A model generated the notes under the pieces. The model was not told the origin of the DNA and searched no databases. It saw only the letters and a list, made by a program, of their open reading frames with translations. A DNA stretch of 64,000 nt from NCBI RefSeq assembly GCF_006345805.1, contig NC_043007.1:64728001-64792000 (forward strand). Reading direction: 5' to 3'. Position 1 is the first letter of the stretch. The number at the start of each line of letters is the position of its first letter. Below, piece by piece: positions 37,015 to 52,344 of this stretch. The translations under genes and the position numbers were made by a program. This DNA is from Octopus sinensis. Lineage: Eukaryota.

Positions 37015-37524
37015 AATGAGATAGAGAATTTAATGAACAGATAAATATATAAATTTAGTTATATGTATAAATAAATTACTAGACAGGGAAAACTAGATAA
37101 TTTGATAAAGACTGACAGGCATAAAGAGGCAAAAATATTCATTGATTAATGAGTAGAAAGAGAGAAAAAATTAGAAAATGAAGGGAATGAGAAAAAGTTA
37201 AATGATAAGAAGGTGTGTAAGGGAATAGAGAAGAAACTACAGCATTGGTAGGTTGAAAAGAGAGGATCGAAAATTTAAGAAAAGCTATTTGCTGCATATT
37301 AGAAAAAAAAATCTAATCCTACATATTTAGGAAAAAATGATAGAAACAGGACAAGTATAATAAACGTTATGAACAACAAATAAAGTTAAAAGAAGGGAAA
37401 AGAAAGGGGCTAGTAAAGAAAAAGGAAGATATTGAAAGGGAAGAGAAAACGAAGGAAAGAAAGCAATTTATTTCTTAAGTGGGGAGGGATCTAGATCTAA
37501 AATATGTGTATGTGTGAGTGTTGC

Positions 37525-37611
<87 letters not shown>

Positions 37612-38184
37612 GAGGGAAAGAATGGGTAAACGTTAGTGGGTGAAAATGTAGGAGAAAAAGTAGAGCCGAAGAGATGGCCAGGTAATTAGATACATAGATA
37701 AGTAGACAGTTAGAAAGAAAAGAATGAAAGAGAAAGGATAATAGAAGAGGAAGGAGATAGGAAAACAGAACAATGGAAAAATAGAAAATGTAAGAGAACG
37801 AGGGAGAGAGAAAGAAAAGAAAGATAGGGAGACAGCTGCGCGACCGACAGGTGTGGTGGTTATTACAATGGATGTATACCAGCCCCCAAAGAAACACGAC
37901 AGAACTCAATTGTTTTTGTGCACAAAGCCATGTTTTGCGATATTTTCTTGTTGAGCAGGTCGGGTCTTTACAAAAACGGTTTAGAAACTGTTCGATAAGT
38001 CGAGTATTTTGATGATCAATACGTCGATAGATCAATATATATATGTATGTGCATTCCCGTGCGTACATGTATGTTCACTTCTTAACCACGAGGTTCAGTC
38101 TTCGATTACACTACCTCGGGATGAAGGATACTGTGCGGAAGCTCGTTCAGTGTGTGCGTATGTAATTTTATGTGTGTGTACAGA

Positions 38185-38241
<57 letters not shown>

Positions 38242-38347
38242 GCACATACATGTAGGTTTATACATACAAGCACTATATATATATACACATGTATACACAC
38301 ATGTATATACACATATTGGTTTATACATACAGACATTATGTATATAT

Positions 38348-39505
38348 AAATTGGTGAGTCAAAAGTTATCCGCACTCTCTTTTAAGTGGCCGCACTGCCT
38401 TCAGCTAAAACGCGGTATTCGTGTGATCGATGTTTGACCTTGATTACTTCAGTTTTCTTGTGTTACAGAATACACTTGGCCGCTCCACTGGCAGTGTGCA
38501 CCAAGGAAGAACAGAAATCAGTGAACTGAGTTCTCTGGTATGAAAGTGTGTTAGGACTGAAATTCATCGCAGGCTTTCAGTACAATACAGGGACAACGCT
38601 GTACCATGTAGAAGTGTGTAAAAATGGATTGAGGAGTTTAAAAATGGACGAACAAGCGAGAAGCACGATGAAGAAGCCTATCAACTCCCATAACTGACTT
38701 GAAGTTTCATCAAGCTCGAGAGATGGCTCTGGGGAACCTATGGGTGACCATCAATAAAGTGGCATGTTCTCACAAAATTAGTTTGGTTCATTGCGTACGA
38801 GTTTGTTCTCTGTTTCGCTTCTGTAAAATCTGTGCGTGATGTGTGCCAAGAGAGATTACTGAGGTGCATAAGCGCAATAGTGTGGAAATCTGTTAACGCT
38901 TACTCGACCGCTACAACGATTAAGGTGAAACTTTTTTGAAGAGAAAAGTTACAGGAAATGAGACCTGGGTCCGTCACTTTGAGCCAGATTCTAAAAGGAA
39001 ACATGCGGAATCGCCAGTGGAAGAGAAATTCAAGACTCAACCTACCACAGAAAAAGTGATGCTAACCGTTTTTTGGGACGCAAAACTGTCTACATTGGAA
39101 CATATCCTGGCTCTATAGTGAAATTCTGGCCAACAAACTGAAACCAGTAATTCGTGCCATATGCCAAGGTTAAAGTAAGTGTTTTTGTTTCACGGCAATG
39201 CAAGCTCACACGCGGTGTCCACACCGCTGAAGCTATTTATAAACTGGGTTTCGGGTTGCTGGAACACTCTACATACAGCCCCTTCTGACTATCACTAGTT
39301 TGGATCTCTCAAACATCCTTTACGAAGTTATAGATTTGCTATGGACGAAGAAGCGCAAGGAGCGGTGCATAAATGGCTGCACGACCAGCCGAAAATTTCC
39401 GATAGAATAAACAAGCTTTGTGAACCACTGGAAGAAGTGCATCGAAAAACCAGGAGACTACGTTGAAAATGATGTAACTGTTCAATCCTTGCTTTTGTTT
39501 TAATC
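38348..39505 (+). mobile_element. Decayed mariner transposon
   Basis: TIR-like GGTGAGTCAAAAGTTATCCGCAC. Remnants include WIEEFKNGRTS, VTGNETWVRHFEPDSKR (TGDETW), KVMLTVFWDAK and a C-terminal WKKCIE...DYVEN. Confidence 0.85.
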
Positions 39506-39520
39506 AATTACAGAATAAGA

Positions 39521-39720
39521 AAGGTGGTGAACTGACAGAATCGTTAAGACGTCGGGCAAAATGTCCGTCTTTATGTTCTGAGTTCAAATTCTGTCAAGGT
39601 CAACTTTGCCTTTCATCCGGTCAGGTTCGATAAAATAAGAACCAGTTGTGTAGTGTCCATATAATCGATGTAACCCTTCTCTCCAAATTACTGGCCTTGT
39701 GCTAAAAATTTGAAACCAAA
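39521..39720 (+). mobile_element. tRNA-derived SINE copy
   Basis: GGTGGTGAACTGACAGAATCGTTAAG, GAGTTCAAATTC, CAACTTTGCCTTTCATCC. Confidence 0.8.
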
Positions 39721-41859
39721 TTATAGATACAAAAGTGCGAACAATCTTTGACTTAATCTTGTAATATATATATCCCACCCACTCTTATTTACAAAAAACA
39801 AAAATAAAATCACGATACTTTAAAATAGCTTTATTAGTTTTTAGATTATTTTTTACACACATACATGCACATTGTTTGGGATGAATTACCTCGCTGTATT
39901 TGTTCCCGCTGTCTACATACTAAGCTCAAATCCCGGTGTAGCCTACTTGGGTGTTGAACTTAATCCGATACCCAATTTAATACGGCCACCTGATCGTCAG
40001 GTGCATTTGATGGGGTTCATTCTATTGCAATCATCGAGACAGCCTAGTTTAATATCTTCATCCCTCCCTCCAATCAGTCGCGAAATTCTTTAAAAGGATC
40101 ATGAGTATTACATTTTCCTTTTGACTAATCAAAACACAGAAGCACACAGACAGACAGACAGACAGACACACACACACACACACGCACGCACGCGCACCCC
40201 CCCACTTTCTAATTTACTTTAGACGTGATGATTCTCGTTAGTCGCTCTGTTGTATCTTGTGTTAGCTTGACCATAAGCGTCTTCTTAATTCTGATTCACT
40301 GCGCTTCGGTGTTAAGGGTGGTAAGCCTGTGTTTTTTTATGCTAGACATTTAATGAATAATAATTTTTTTTTTTGTTTTCTGTAACATTAACGATCTTCT
40401 GAGCTATTAAACTTAAATATGATAAAATCCCAGTAATATTTAGATCGATACAACCTAATTTTGTAAACATAATTTTATAATATCACCTTAACCGAGTTTG
40501 CCCTAATCGAGTAGACCTATGTTCGAAGGTGTTTTGCCGTGACCACATCGTATTTCTTTTACGAATATAACACATCTGTGTCCACACATTTTAAAAGGCA
40601 GTATGGCGAGATTTCAGAGAGTTTTGGCAATGATTTCTTGCAGGTTAAATGGTCATGTAGATGCTTTCTCTCCTTAGTTTTATATTTGTTTACGTGTTAG
40701 TTGGATGTCTTAAGCAAGTAAGTACTCGTCTAAACATTGGAAAAGTCACGAACTTAAAAAATATTACTCAATTTCAATTTTAATTTTCCTCTTCACAACA
40801 GAATACCAGCTGTTTATTAATGAAGGAATGGTCTTCTTATGATGCTGTTGAAACAGCATCATCTTTTTATGTTTTTATATGCATATATCGATTCATAATT
40901 ACAATGAAGATGCAAAGAATGAACATTCTCTCGAGGAAGTACTTTGTTCAGTGGTAAAAAGCCTAACCTCTGTTAACATTCTACATTCCTTTGACTGACG
41001 GCTATATTTTAGCAACGGTACCAAGATACAGTTAGATAATGTTAATGCATTCGCACAGAATTGAGGACATGGATTTAGATTAGGCTAAGTTTCAGTACCT
41101 GATCGTTGGTTCATTATCTTAAATCATGAATAACAACGGATATAAATATGAATAGCCTCTTTTACTCCCTTCATTAATAAGGTGGAGTTGACAAATGTTC
41201 AATGATTTGTAGCAAAAGACAGTGTAGCACAGTAAATGAACATATAACAATTCACAACGTCATATAAAGCAACATGATTTAAGAGTTGTTAGTAAAAAAC
41301 AAAAACCAAAAAAAAACAAACAAAAAACAAAACTAAACAAAAAGAAACGAGTATGTGTTTATACATATATGTCTTATGTGTCAGTGTGATGAGAACGTTC
41401 TTCTCATGTGTGCATGTTGATATGAGCGTGTTTGTGTGAAAATGTTCTTTTCATAAGTGTCTATCAATTTGAATATCTTTTACATAGTATGTATATGAGG
41501 GACAACTTCCCTGGTTCAGATGATGGCGACATCGATAGCAGAAGGGGCTATGGTGGCACAGATATTTTCGCTGTGAAGGTTCCACATAATACTTTTAGAG
41601 TGTTAGTAATAATAGTATTAACATGTGATTGAGAAGAAATATAATCAAACGTATTTCAGCTACGACAAAACCTCTAGGAGATTATTGTTCAATGTATATA
41701 TTCTTTTTAAATATTGTAGGGAGTGAGTTAATGGAAATTCAGTTGTTGTTGCTAGATCGAGCAACCGGATAGACTCCTTCGTTGAATTATCATTAGAGTG
41801 GTAGTTGCTTTAATACATTTGGGATTATGATTTTACGTTAAGGAAAGTATTGACCATCA

Positions 41860-42290
41860 CTGCTAACTTGCATAACAGCACTAATATTGTTAGTCATGAC
41901 AATAGCAATATTATTTGCCATAACAACGATATTGTTAGTCATAAGAATAGTGATTTTATTAGTCATAGCGACATTGATACATAACAACCAATAGTGATAT
42001 TGCTATAGTTATAGCGACAGTCAACGATGATTGTGTTAATCATATTAACCAACAGTGATATTATTAGAGTCAATAGCGTTAATCAGTGGTATCATTTAAT
42101 CGTAACCACCGTGATATTGCTAGTAATAACAAGCGTGATATTGTTAGTCATAACTAGTGATAGTGTTAATCATAGCAACCGTAGTATTTATTGTTCGTCA
42201 TAGCTATAGCGATGTTAATAACAACAGTGATATTGTAAGCTGTAACAAATGCGATATTATTAATGATATTCTGCAGCAATTCGATTAAGT
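41860..42290. repeat. Degenerate ~24-bp minisatellite (GATATTGTTAGTCATAACAATAGT-like)
   Basis: Recurrent GATATTG(T/C)TAGTCATA and AATAGTGATATT motifs. Confidence 0.6.
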
Positions 42291-42341
42291 CAGGCAACAA
42301 CATAAAAATAAGTATTGATAGCGTTGAAGTACCGCACACGC

Positions 42342-42386
<45 letters not shown>

Positions 42387-42649
42387 TATTTATATATAAA
42401 TACACACACATACACGCACATATGTATATCATATATATGTCATATATTATATGTATATCATATAAAATGTCATATATTATACACATATATATGTACATAT
42501 ATCACACATACTTTAAACACATACGCGCACGCGCGCATACACACGTACACACCCACATACACACACGTATATTTATATATAAATACACACACACACACGC
42601 ACACTATGTATAACATATATATAGATCATATATATATGTCATATATAAT

Positions 42650-42916
42650 CAGTGGTGGACTGGCCAAGTTGCCAGCTTGCCCGATGGCAAGTGGGCCCCT
42701 GCGCCATTAGAATCCATATATGGGGGCCCATGTTAGTATCTAAGGGGCCCATTCACTCAACTTTGAGAATATTTTTATTCTGGAAGAATGTATTATTTCA
42801 GCCTGGCTGTGTTTGTAGACAGTTGAAAACAATACTTTTAACAAAAAAAAAAAAAAATTAAATGATAGCATTGTAGTCTTCTGGCAACCAATATTTTTAG
42901 ACCCAGTCCGCCACTG
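42650..42916. mobile_element. 267-bp hAT-type MITE
   Basis: TIRs CAGTGGTGGACTGG / CCAGTCCGCCACTG; 8-bp flanks TATATAAT and TATATATT (7/8 identical TSD). Confidence 0.85.
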
Positions 42917-43624
42917 TATATATTACATATACATATGTACATATATCACACATACATATACGCGCGCGCACACACAGACACACACACAAACTTCTGTTCT
43001 TTAGCTGTAGTTTCAAACATTCCTGTAGGGATCCAAAGTAATCCATTTTTTTTGTATAAACAAAGTTGGTTGTTGAGACAGTAGTGCGGCGTATGAGGAG
43101 TTGTTATGTGTTGCAAAAATGATGCAACTAGAAGCTGATATTGTGCCATATTTAACTACACTTCAAAATGTGTGGAATTCGATTTTAAGATATTAAACAT
43201 CAATAACTACAGACTTATACCCATTCACACAGGCGGAATTTTTATAAATACATACAGACACACCAATACATACAGGCATTTATGAATGTGTATGTCAAAT
43301 GTATTATGGTATATTATGTTGTGTGTCCCTATTTGCATATACCTGCACATACGCACCACATATTTACGTGTGATAAGTGTATATGTTTGTATGTATTTTC
43401 GTTTTTCACACTAGTATAGATATTTCGTTTGCAGTTAAGTATGTGTGTATGTATTACGTATACACGCTCTCAGTGTGTTCACACATACGTTAGCATGAAG
43501 TGTGCGTGCCTCTGCGTGTAGGTGTGTGTGTGTGTGTGCGTGTATGTGTAGCCATAAAAATCTATACACACACACACACATTATTTATGTATGTATCTGT
43601 CTGTAATATGTTTCATCTGTGAGT

Positions 43625-43696
<72 letters not shown>

Positions 43697-45175
43697 GGAA
43701 ATAGGAAAGCATCCTTTTATATCAACTAAAACATTAGTAACACACTCACACAAAAAAGAAATATGATTCAACAGTAAAATAACAAAATCAACGCTGGGGT
43801 ATGGGTAGAACTAGTGATGGGTAGACAGATGACATGTTGGTTGGCTGGTTGGTTGCCTGGTTGGTTGGTTGGTAACTCGGTTGGTTAGCTGGTTGGTAGG
43901 TTGGTTATATATTTTCATTTGCTATTAATGACGTCAGACATTTTCTGCCCCTCTTCTTCTACCACTGTCTTATTCGAATGATAAAAGGATGAAACAAATA
44001 CGCAAGGGAAATAGTAGTATGAGTAATGAGAGGTACAATAAATGGTAGTGGTTGTATTAGTAGTGGTTCTAGTAGTAGTAGTAGTGAAGGTAGTGGCATT
44101 GGTATTTGCTGTGATATACTAATAGTGGCAATGACTATAGTAAACGCAGTGGTTGTGGTGACAGTAGTAGCATTAAAAGAAGTAGTAATAGTAGTTGTAG
44201 AGGTGGTAGTACTTAAAGTAGTAGCTGTTTTAGTAACAGCTTTAGTTGAAGCTGTGGGAGAGGGTTACAGTTGTAGTAGTAGTGTGTGCATTTATGCAAA
44301 ACGTATGTATGTATCTATGTGTGTGTGTGTGTGTGAGTCTGTATGTATGTATATATGTAAGTGTAATATTGTGTTTATTATATCACCAGAATTCTGTGTG
44401 TGCATGTTGAAACGTAAATGAGAGGGAGGGTGAGAAATATCATGATAAAAAAATCAGTATTGGCAGAAATAGTAGTAGTAGTAGTTGTAGTAGTAGCATT
44501 AACATTACATCAGCAGCAGTCTACAGGTAAACGACGGCGTCGATGATAAAGAAACGATGACGACAACGACAACCACGTCAACAATAGCAGTATGATCAGC
44601 AACAGCAACATCATTGATAATTAACCCATTTTCTTTTTCTTCATAATCTCTAAATATGCGCTCATTGAAAGAAATTTCCAGAGAAATAATTGCAACATTA
44701 AAAATATCAGTTGGAAAAAGCTTAGTGAAAGTGAAAGTAAAAATGAGTAGATATTACAATTTTTTTTTATTTCACTTTATTCATGTTTGCTTTTTTTTCT
44801 TTTTACATTATTTCATCGTATGGAAGTGGGACGGTAAGAGATGTAAGGACGTAAGTAGGTAGGTAGTTAGGTAGCTGAATAGATGAGGTGAACGTAGAAT
44901 GCGATAAATAGGTAGGTTATATTATAGAGGTTGGTTGATGTAAGTATACGGACCGATTAAGCAGCGGAGAAAAAATTGAAAGGAAGAGAAAAGGAAAGAA
45001 AGAATGAAGGAAGGAAGTAAGGGAAGAATGAAAGAATCAAGGAGCGTAACAATAAAAGAGGGTAATGAAGGAAAGAGTTAGAAATGAGCGGGGGAAGGAA
45101 AAGAAAAGAAGAAATAAGATGAACGATTCATGGTCAAAAATGAAAAGAATGAAGAGCATGAGAGAAAGAGAGAGA

Positions 45176-45220
<45 letters not shown>

Positions 45221-45635
45221 GGGAGGGAAAAAAGGGGTCAACTGAATATGCATGTTTCGAGACTACGAAGGCGTCTCTATATGGTTACTCAAAATGCTAA
45301 AAATAACAACCAAATCTTCTTCAAGTTACCACTTGTCCTTTTGAAAACGATGGGACACATAGGCTAATGCAATCCTAGTAACACTATGCCCGAGAAAAGA
45401 TTGGCAAGTCATAGCTGGAATATCTAGAGAAGATCCATCCATCCATCCATCCATCCATCCATCCACACACACACACACACACACACGCACACGTATATGT
45501 ACATGCACAAGGTGAAGTAAAACGAATATTTCACAACAGAGTAAAATAATATTGACGAAAGCAAAAATTAAGACCTAGTTGAATAAACCGTGTAGCTGGT
45601 ATCAATACGTATATCAAGAATTCAGTTTTGTAAAA

Positions 45636-45855
45636 TATTGGCTTCAAATTTTGACACAAGGCCAGCAATTTCGACGGAAAGGAGTAAGTTGATTACATCG
45701 AATCCCTGTGTTCAACTGGTACTTATTTTATCGACCCTGAAAGGATGAAAAGTAAAGTCGACCCCGACGGCATTTGAACTTAGAAGGTAAAGTCGGAAGA
45801 AATGCCACTAAGCATTTTGTCCGGCGCGGTAACGATTCTGTCAGCTTGCTGTCCT
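45636..45855 (-). mobile_element. Near full-length tRNA-derived SINE
   Basis: CTGGTACTTATTTTATCGACCCTGAAAGGATGAAAAGTAAAGTCGACC...ATTTGAACT...AACGATTCTGTCAGC. Confidence 0.8.
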
Positions 45856-45884
45856 AGTTTCGCAAAATATTAAGCACCTATCTA

Positions 45885-45973
<89 letters not shown>

Positions 45974-46811
45974 GCCATCGAAGTACCAAAAACCCACTCA
46001 GCCATGTGTATGTATGTAAATGTTTATGAGTGTATATATGAATAATACTCCGAGTATTGAGTGCATCGTTCTCTTGTTTGTATCAACCAATCAGTCAATC
46101 TAACCATCTATCTGTCTGCTACTAGTCTGCTTGCCTGCCTGTCAGTGCGTCTTTCTATGTATATATTGCATTGGACAATGCAAAAGAGGAGAATATGTAT
46201 ACATATTTGTCTATATGGCTGCAGAATAGAAGAGGAATATGTTAATAGACTCATCCAACAGCAGCGGGGTGCTTCTATTTTAGCAAGAATCTTGGTGAAA
46301 ATAGCGCTTATTTCAGTGCGCTTCTCCAAGAATAGTTCTAGCAGACCAATTTGGTAATTTGAAAGTAGATGAAAACCAAGAGGTAGATGAAAAAGAAGTA
46401 GGTGAAACCGTAAAGAGGAAGTAGCATTAGTAGTGATTTTTGAAGTTTGATGTGCTCTAGTGGTCGGCTAAGTAGAGGTGGCTATACAAACTAGCGCTTT
46501 CAAGAACGAGATCCTCATGTGCCCAAATACGTAATAACGACCGTTCATTTAGTTTGATTGTGATATCGGGTAGTAGTTCACATTTTCTCATTATGTGGAT
46601 GTAATGTGCACATTCATGCGTATATCCACCCACACACCTATCCATCCATCCATCCATCCATCCATCCATCCATCCATCCATCCAACCATCCCTCCCTCCC
46701 TCCATCCATCTATCTTTTTTACGTTCTTTCTTTTCCTTCCTTCCTTCCTTTCTTTCTTTTTCTCTCTATCGAAATACACGCATGTATGTGATCCCTCTCT
46801 CTCTCTCTCTC

Positions 46812-46930
<119 letters not shown>

Positions 46931-47677
46931 GCACAATGTTTATGTACACGTGTACAGGCAAGTATACAGATATGCATGTGTGTGTGTGAGTGTATGTATA
47001 TATATATATATACATATATATATACATAGATGTATTATATGTATAAATTATACATTCCTCCTGTACGTATTAATATATATATATACATACACACTCACAG
47101 ACATAGACACACACGCGCGCGCGCGCGCACACACACACATATATATTATACATTCTTACTGTACATATACACATTAATATATAATATATATATATTATCA
47201 TCATAAAGAGATAAAGAACAGAAGGGATGAGGATAACAAGCAGTAAAGGGTGTGAAGCGATTAAAATAACCGACCCCGCAGAACACGTTTATTCCGATGA
47301 ATATGATCGGACTACTATTGCTGTTAGGAACACAGGCTTGTGGCTGTTACTATTGTAATGTGCAGTGGAAAGTAAGTGAGAGGAAGAGCTTTGGAGAGAG
47401 AGAGAGAGAGAATGTGGAATGAGGGAAAAAGAGCGAACCAGTGTGTGCACGCGCGCGTGCGTACGTGCGTGTTTGTGCGAGGGAGGGGAGAGAGTTGAGA
47501 GAAAGGAAGGGAGAGAGACTTGTTGATGAGGAAAACTGAACTAGATCAACAGGAATCAGATTCAGTCATTTGCAATTGCTATTTTATGTTGGTATTGATA
47601 TATGTAGTATACGCACACCAGCACAGACACATATATTTGTGATGGAGAGAGAGGCATACAAGCACATCCACAATACA

Positions 47678-47727
<50 letters not shown>

Positions 47728-47779
47728 AAACAATATAAATACGCTTCAATATATATAATCTCTATATACATATATATTC

Positions 47780-47909
<130 letters not shown>

Positions 47910-48629
47910 TATATATACACGTACACACTCCACATGCGCGCGCGTGCACACACACACATACATAGAGCTTGTATGTATGTAGGTAGGTATGTATGTGTGG
48001 ATTGTACTTTACTTCAACAATCCGCAGTACAGAGGAAAGCACTTTTTCATAACCTCTGCACTACCCAATAACTGAATCAAGTAATCAACCAACTGACAGA
48101 CAGCTAATAACCATATTTCTAAGCAAGCAAACTAAACAAGTAACTATCCAAGATATTCTCCATATCTCTCCAATACACCATTAGGTTTGCTTTAACCGTA
48201 CTGATAGAATGTGCAACAACCATTATAGCGCCAGAAATCCTCGACTGATCATTGGTTTTAAGCTATATCACGTGGCACTGATATGTAGGTAGTTGTGTTG
48301 CACCGTATTTGCAAAAGCAATCGACTGAAGATACACCCTTACACTTACACACCACATGAACCCGTTTCGTCTCTACACGTTCACATTTGCACACACACAC
48401 GCGCAAACACACACATATATGCACAATTACTTGAGATTTACATAATTCAAGGTTTATATGTGTGTGTGTATTTTATCTTAATTACGTTCCGTACTGCACT
48501 GCACAGCCGGTAGCATTTATCAGTTTTTCTATGAGATTGCGACACTTCGCTCAACCTTTCGCCAACTCTGCAGAAAGGGACACAACATGGAGTGGTCACC
48601 GACAATTTTTCGACGTTGTGAGGTAGCCG

Positions 48630-48708
<79 letters not shown>

Positions 48709-48764
48709 GGTGACACAGAGAGAGGAGAAATAGAGAGAGGAAGGGAGGGAGAGAGAGAGAAGAA

Positions 48765-48915
48765 TAGACTATAGTACTTGACTGATAGTTATTTTTTTCA
48801 ATCCAGAGAGATAAAACTAAAAGTTGACTTCTCTGGTATTTGAACTCAAAGCGCTGAGCAGCAATAAACACCGCATTGCATTTTATCCGATGTAATTATT
48901 CTGCCAAATATGCCG
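48765..48915 (-). mobile_element. Diverged tRNA-derived SINE
   Basis: AAAGTTGACTTCTCTGGTATTTGAACTCAAAG B-box region; other diverged copies at ~17460-17560, 19060-19150, 33803-33920 and 52200-52270. Confidence 0.5.
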
Positions 48916-50399
48916 ATCTCCCTCTCTCTGCTTTTCTGTCAGTCTGTTTGTCTGTCATCTATCCCGATCGCTCCTTCTTTCTCTTACTCTCACTATATGT
49001 ATGCAGAGGCGAGGCAATTTGTTACCTACATTGCTATACGATAATCTATTTTTACGTGATAAAGTGCAAGCAATCATTTTAAACAATAGAATGGCAATGA
49101 TAGCCTGGATCGGATATTGAACTTCTGCATATATAGCTAACATTTTATGTTCAACAATAGCAACAATAACAACACCCACGTAACAAGTTTTCGAACACGT
49201 TAAGTCGTTATTGTTGCTGTTTAGCACCAAATCATGTCTGATCGAGCAGATCTATGTTCAAAGGATTCCTCAAGGACGTAGTCAGGAGTTCAATTGAGGC
49301 GAACTTCACTATTTATAAAGCATTCACCATTAGACGTCTAAAATGCGAAAATATTGAACACTCATTGGTTATGCATTTTTCATATTTTTCCTATGCATAG
49401 TTCACTTACGACTACATGAATGAATCCTGCTTTTCTATGGCGATACATAAGGTGCATATGGCTGCTATTTGTAAAAGGTCGAGCCATCATGTAAAGCGTA
49501 AACCACCATCTTTGGCTTGCACAGTTGCTTCCTATGACTGGCAAGTGTTTCATTAGGTTGCGTTACTGAACTGAAGTTATAAAGCAGCCCGGATTCAACG
49601 AATTTTATTCCGACAACGTTGTATGGTGAAATAAGCATAGATATATTTGAATCATACGATGACAGTATAGCAGTGAAAAGGAAATTCTACATGTGACTTT
49701 TCAAAACAGTAAAAAGCCAATGATTATGGTTAATCACATAAGTCCTAATGTCTCAAAGAAGGCCGGTGTAAAGTAAGTATTGAGCTAGTAGGAAATCAGT
49801 CGAAGGCCAGTGGGAAGGTAGTCGGGAGCAAGTGGTAAACCAGTAACATACCAGTAGGAAGATATTAGAAAGGTAGTTAGAAGATTTGAAATTTTTGCTT
49901 TTTTTTCCGTTAAGACACCCTCCCCCCATGGATGATGTATGCATTCATACAGGTACACGTATATACCTACAGTTATACAGTTACGTGCATCATATGGATA
50001 CGGATATTGATATCTACTTTAATGTAGCGAACAGGTCCTTATTAGTGGTCAGACTGTATATTTGTACGTTTGAAATACACATACATGAATGAGAATACAT
50101 AATTTTACCTATAAATATACACACAGCTGTAAATGCATGTAGAGACAACTGTTTACAAGTATAGTAACGTTTGTTTACGTTGTAGATTCAAACCGTGAAG
50201 ATAAAGAAAAACAAACGTTTGTGTTGCTGGGTCTTTGCTAGTTTTATAATAACGGTGTGCGTAATTGATGTTTTTGTTAAGTGTTTCTATATCTACAAAA
50301 AGAGACTATTTCGTTTTTAAGGTTTGGGCTGTTACTTTTTTTATCGGATAGAGTGCTTTTTTATCGGATAGAAAGGAGACAAAATTTGTGAACTGGTTT

Positions 50400-51060
50400 G
50401 TATGAGTCAGATCTGGCAATGATGTTTTGTGCGATGGAATGCAGTGTATATTAGGATGTTCCATTTGTAGTTTGAAGCTACCCTGTTGCAGTGGTTTTCA
50501 GGGAAGTTTGTTGTTACGAGATGTCTTTTTGTAGGCATTTATTTCCAGGAAGATAGTTTTGTGGATGGCGAAAGTTGCATGAGTTGATGGATTTTAAAGA
50601 TTGATCTTTGATAGTGTTTGGACAAATTTGGGAGATGTAAATTGCAAAATATGAAAGACTTTGTATTGAAGATGGAGAGGTGTTTGATTGGGAAATGCAT
50701 TTTAACAAGTCTAGGATTCAGATTTCGTGTAATTACTTCTAAGCTGAACAGTGAGTTATACCACATTGTTTGTTTTACCTATTATCATGCCGTGTATCTT
50801 GTTTTAAAAACCGATGTGTTTTAAAACACTTTTGCATGTGGAAGTTTTTGTTGAAGTAAGCTTCGTTACGTGAACGTCTAGAGAAAAGCGAAATGTTTCT
50901 GGATCGGTTTCCAGTGATGGTAGGTGGGTTGATGATATATATATATATATATATATATGTAGGGCTGCGTCGGATTTTCTGTAAGGTGAATACTGGAACT
51001 TGCTAAGCTTCAAGGTGACGTCTCAGCAGTCTACTTTTTTCAAGGTGAGTGTTGATGGTG
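50400..51060 (-). mobile_element. Penelope-like remnant (RT C-terminus, linker, start of GIY-YIG)
   Basis: DVTLKLSKFQYSPYRKS (compare LDVTLNL..Y.PYRKP) and SCNFRHPQNYLPGNKCLQKDI (decayed CNCR..CPL.GKCL linker). Same PLE type as 4790-5555. Confidence 0.6.
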
Positions 51061-51641
51061 ATGCTTAGGTCAAATTATTTAAACAGGAAGACAAGTGTTT
51101 TTTCCTGAATTTATGTATGCACACGCATAACGTACACATAAGACTATTACAGTCTTTAACACAGAATACATGTAACAATATCACTGACTTGCTACAAAAT
51201 TTTTATCCGATTACTAATAACAAAAAGTAATAACAAAAATACTAAGTATCTAACTAGATAAATGAATAAATTCTATATAGAGATACACATACATAACATA
51301 CACACGTGTACGTAGACATACAGCCATACGCATATACACACATATATGTTTATAAACACAAACATATATAGGTGCTTATATATAGTACATATAGATATGT
51401 GTGTATATATTTACGTCTATATACATATACAAACTATATACACATGCACACACACACACGCACGCGCACATACACACACACACGCACATATATGTATGTG
51501 TAGAGAAGATATTGTTTAAGTAAGCAAGAGGATTAATATATAATCTATTTTCTTGTAATAGTTCAGTAATAAGATTAACAAATCTGATACTGAGACTGCG
51601 ATTTTTTTTGTTCTGCCCTAACTGCTATTGCTACTGCTACT

Positions 51642-51714
<73 letters not shown>

Positions 51715-52344
51715 AATATATCAACGTACTAGCGTCACACAATATTTGTGTGTGAGGATTTGTATGATTGTATTTTTGTTAGTGTGATTTGTTTGGTGTG
51801 TGCAAGTATTGGTGTTGTTTAGCCCCAGGTCAACCTTAATTGACCAAATATCTGATTAAGTGTATTCCAGCCAGAACTATCCCGAATTTTAGGGTTTTAT
51901 AGAAATAAATGATTCAATGTATCCCTTCTTTGTTTAGAAGGAGCTTTGGTTGCCGTTGCTAGGAAACTCGAGCGACATATACATGGCATGTTCACAGTTG
52001 GTTATAGGTAGGTGGTTCGATCGAAGCTGAACAAGGGCTAGACAACAACAACTACAACTATTACGAGAACGAATTCGATGGACAAAAGCAGGTTTAGCTG
52101 GGTCAATAAAAATTCGTACAATCAGTGTATATTATCAACACCAACAAGGTGTGTTTTCGTGGCAAAGACACTTAATTACTGACTGATTTAGTTTATTTAC
52201 TAGAGAAGGCAAGGCATTTTATCCTTTTTAGGTCGATAAATAAAGTATCAGTCCAGTATCAGGGTTGATTTTTCTTATCTCCCTTTCTATTTTTCACATT
52301 CTTTTTCGCCCCCTCTTTCTCTTTGGAAGAAATGTACTATAATC

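Noticed and set aside
44026-44421. 131-aa Ser/Val-rich ORF
   Set aside because: Read-through of degenerate (GTA)n trinucleotide repeats.
46200-46420. Unique-looking stretch with short open frames (PRIVLADQFGNLKVDENQE...) and similar candidates at 43070-43200 and 48507-48620
   Set aside because: No recognisable domain, weak splice context and no consistent gene model; would need RNA-seq or tBLASTx support.
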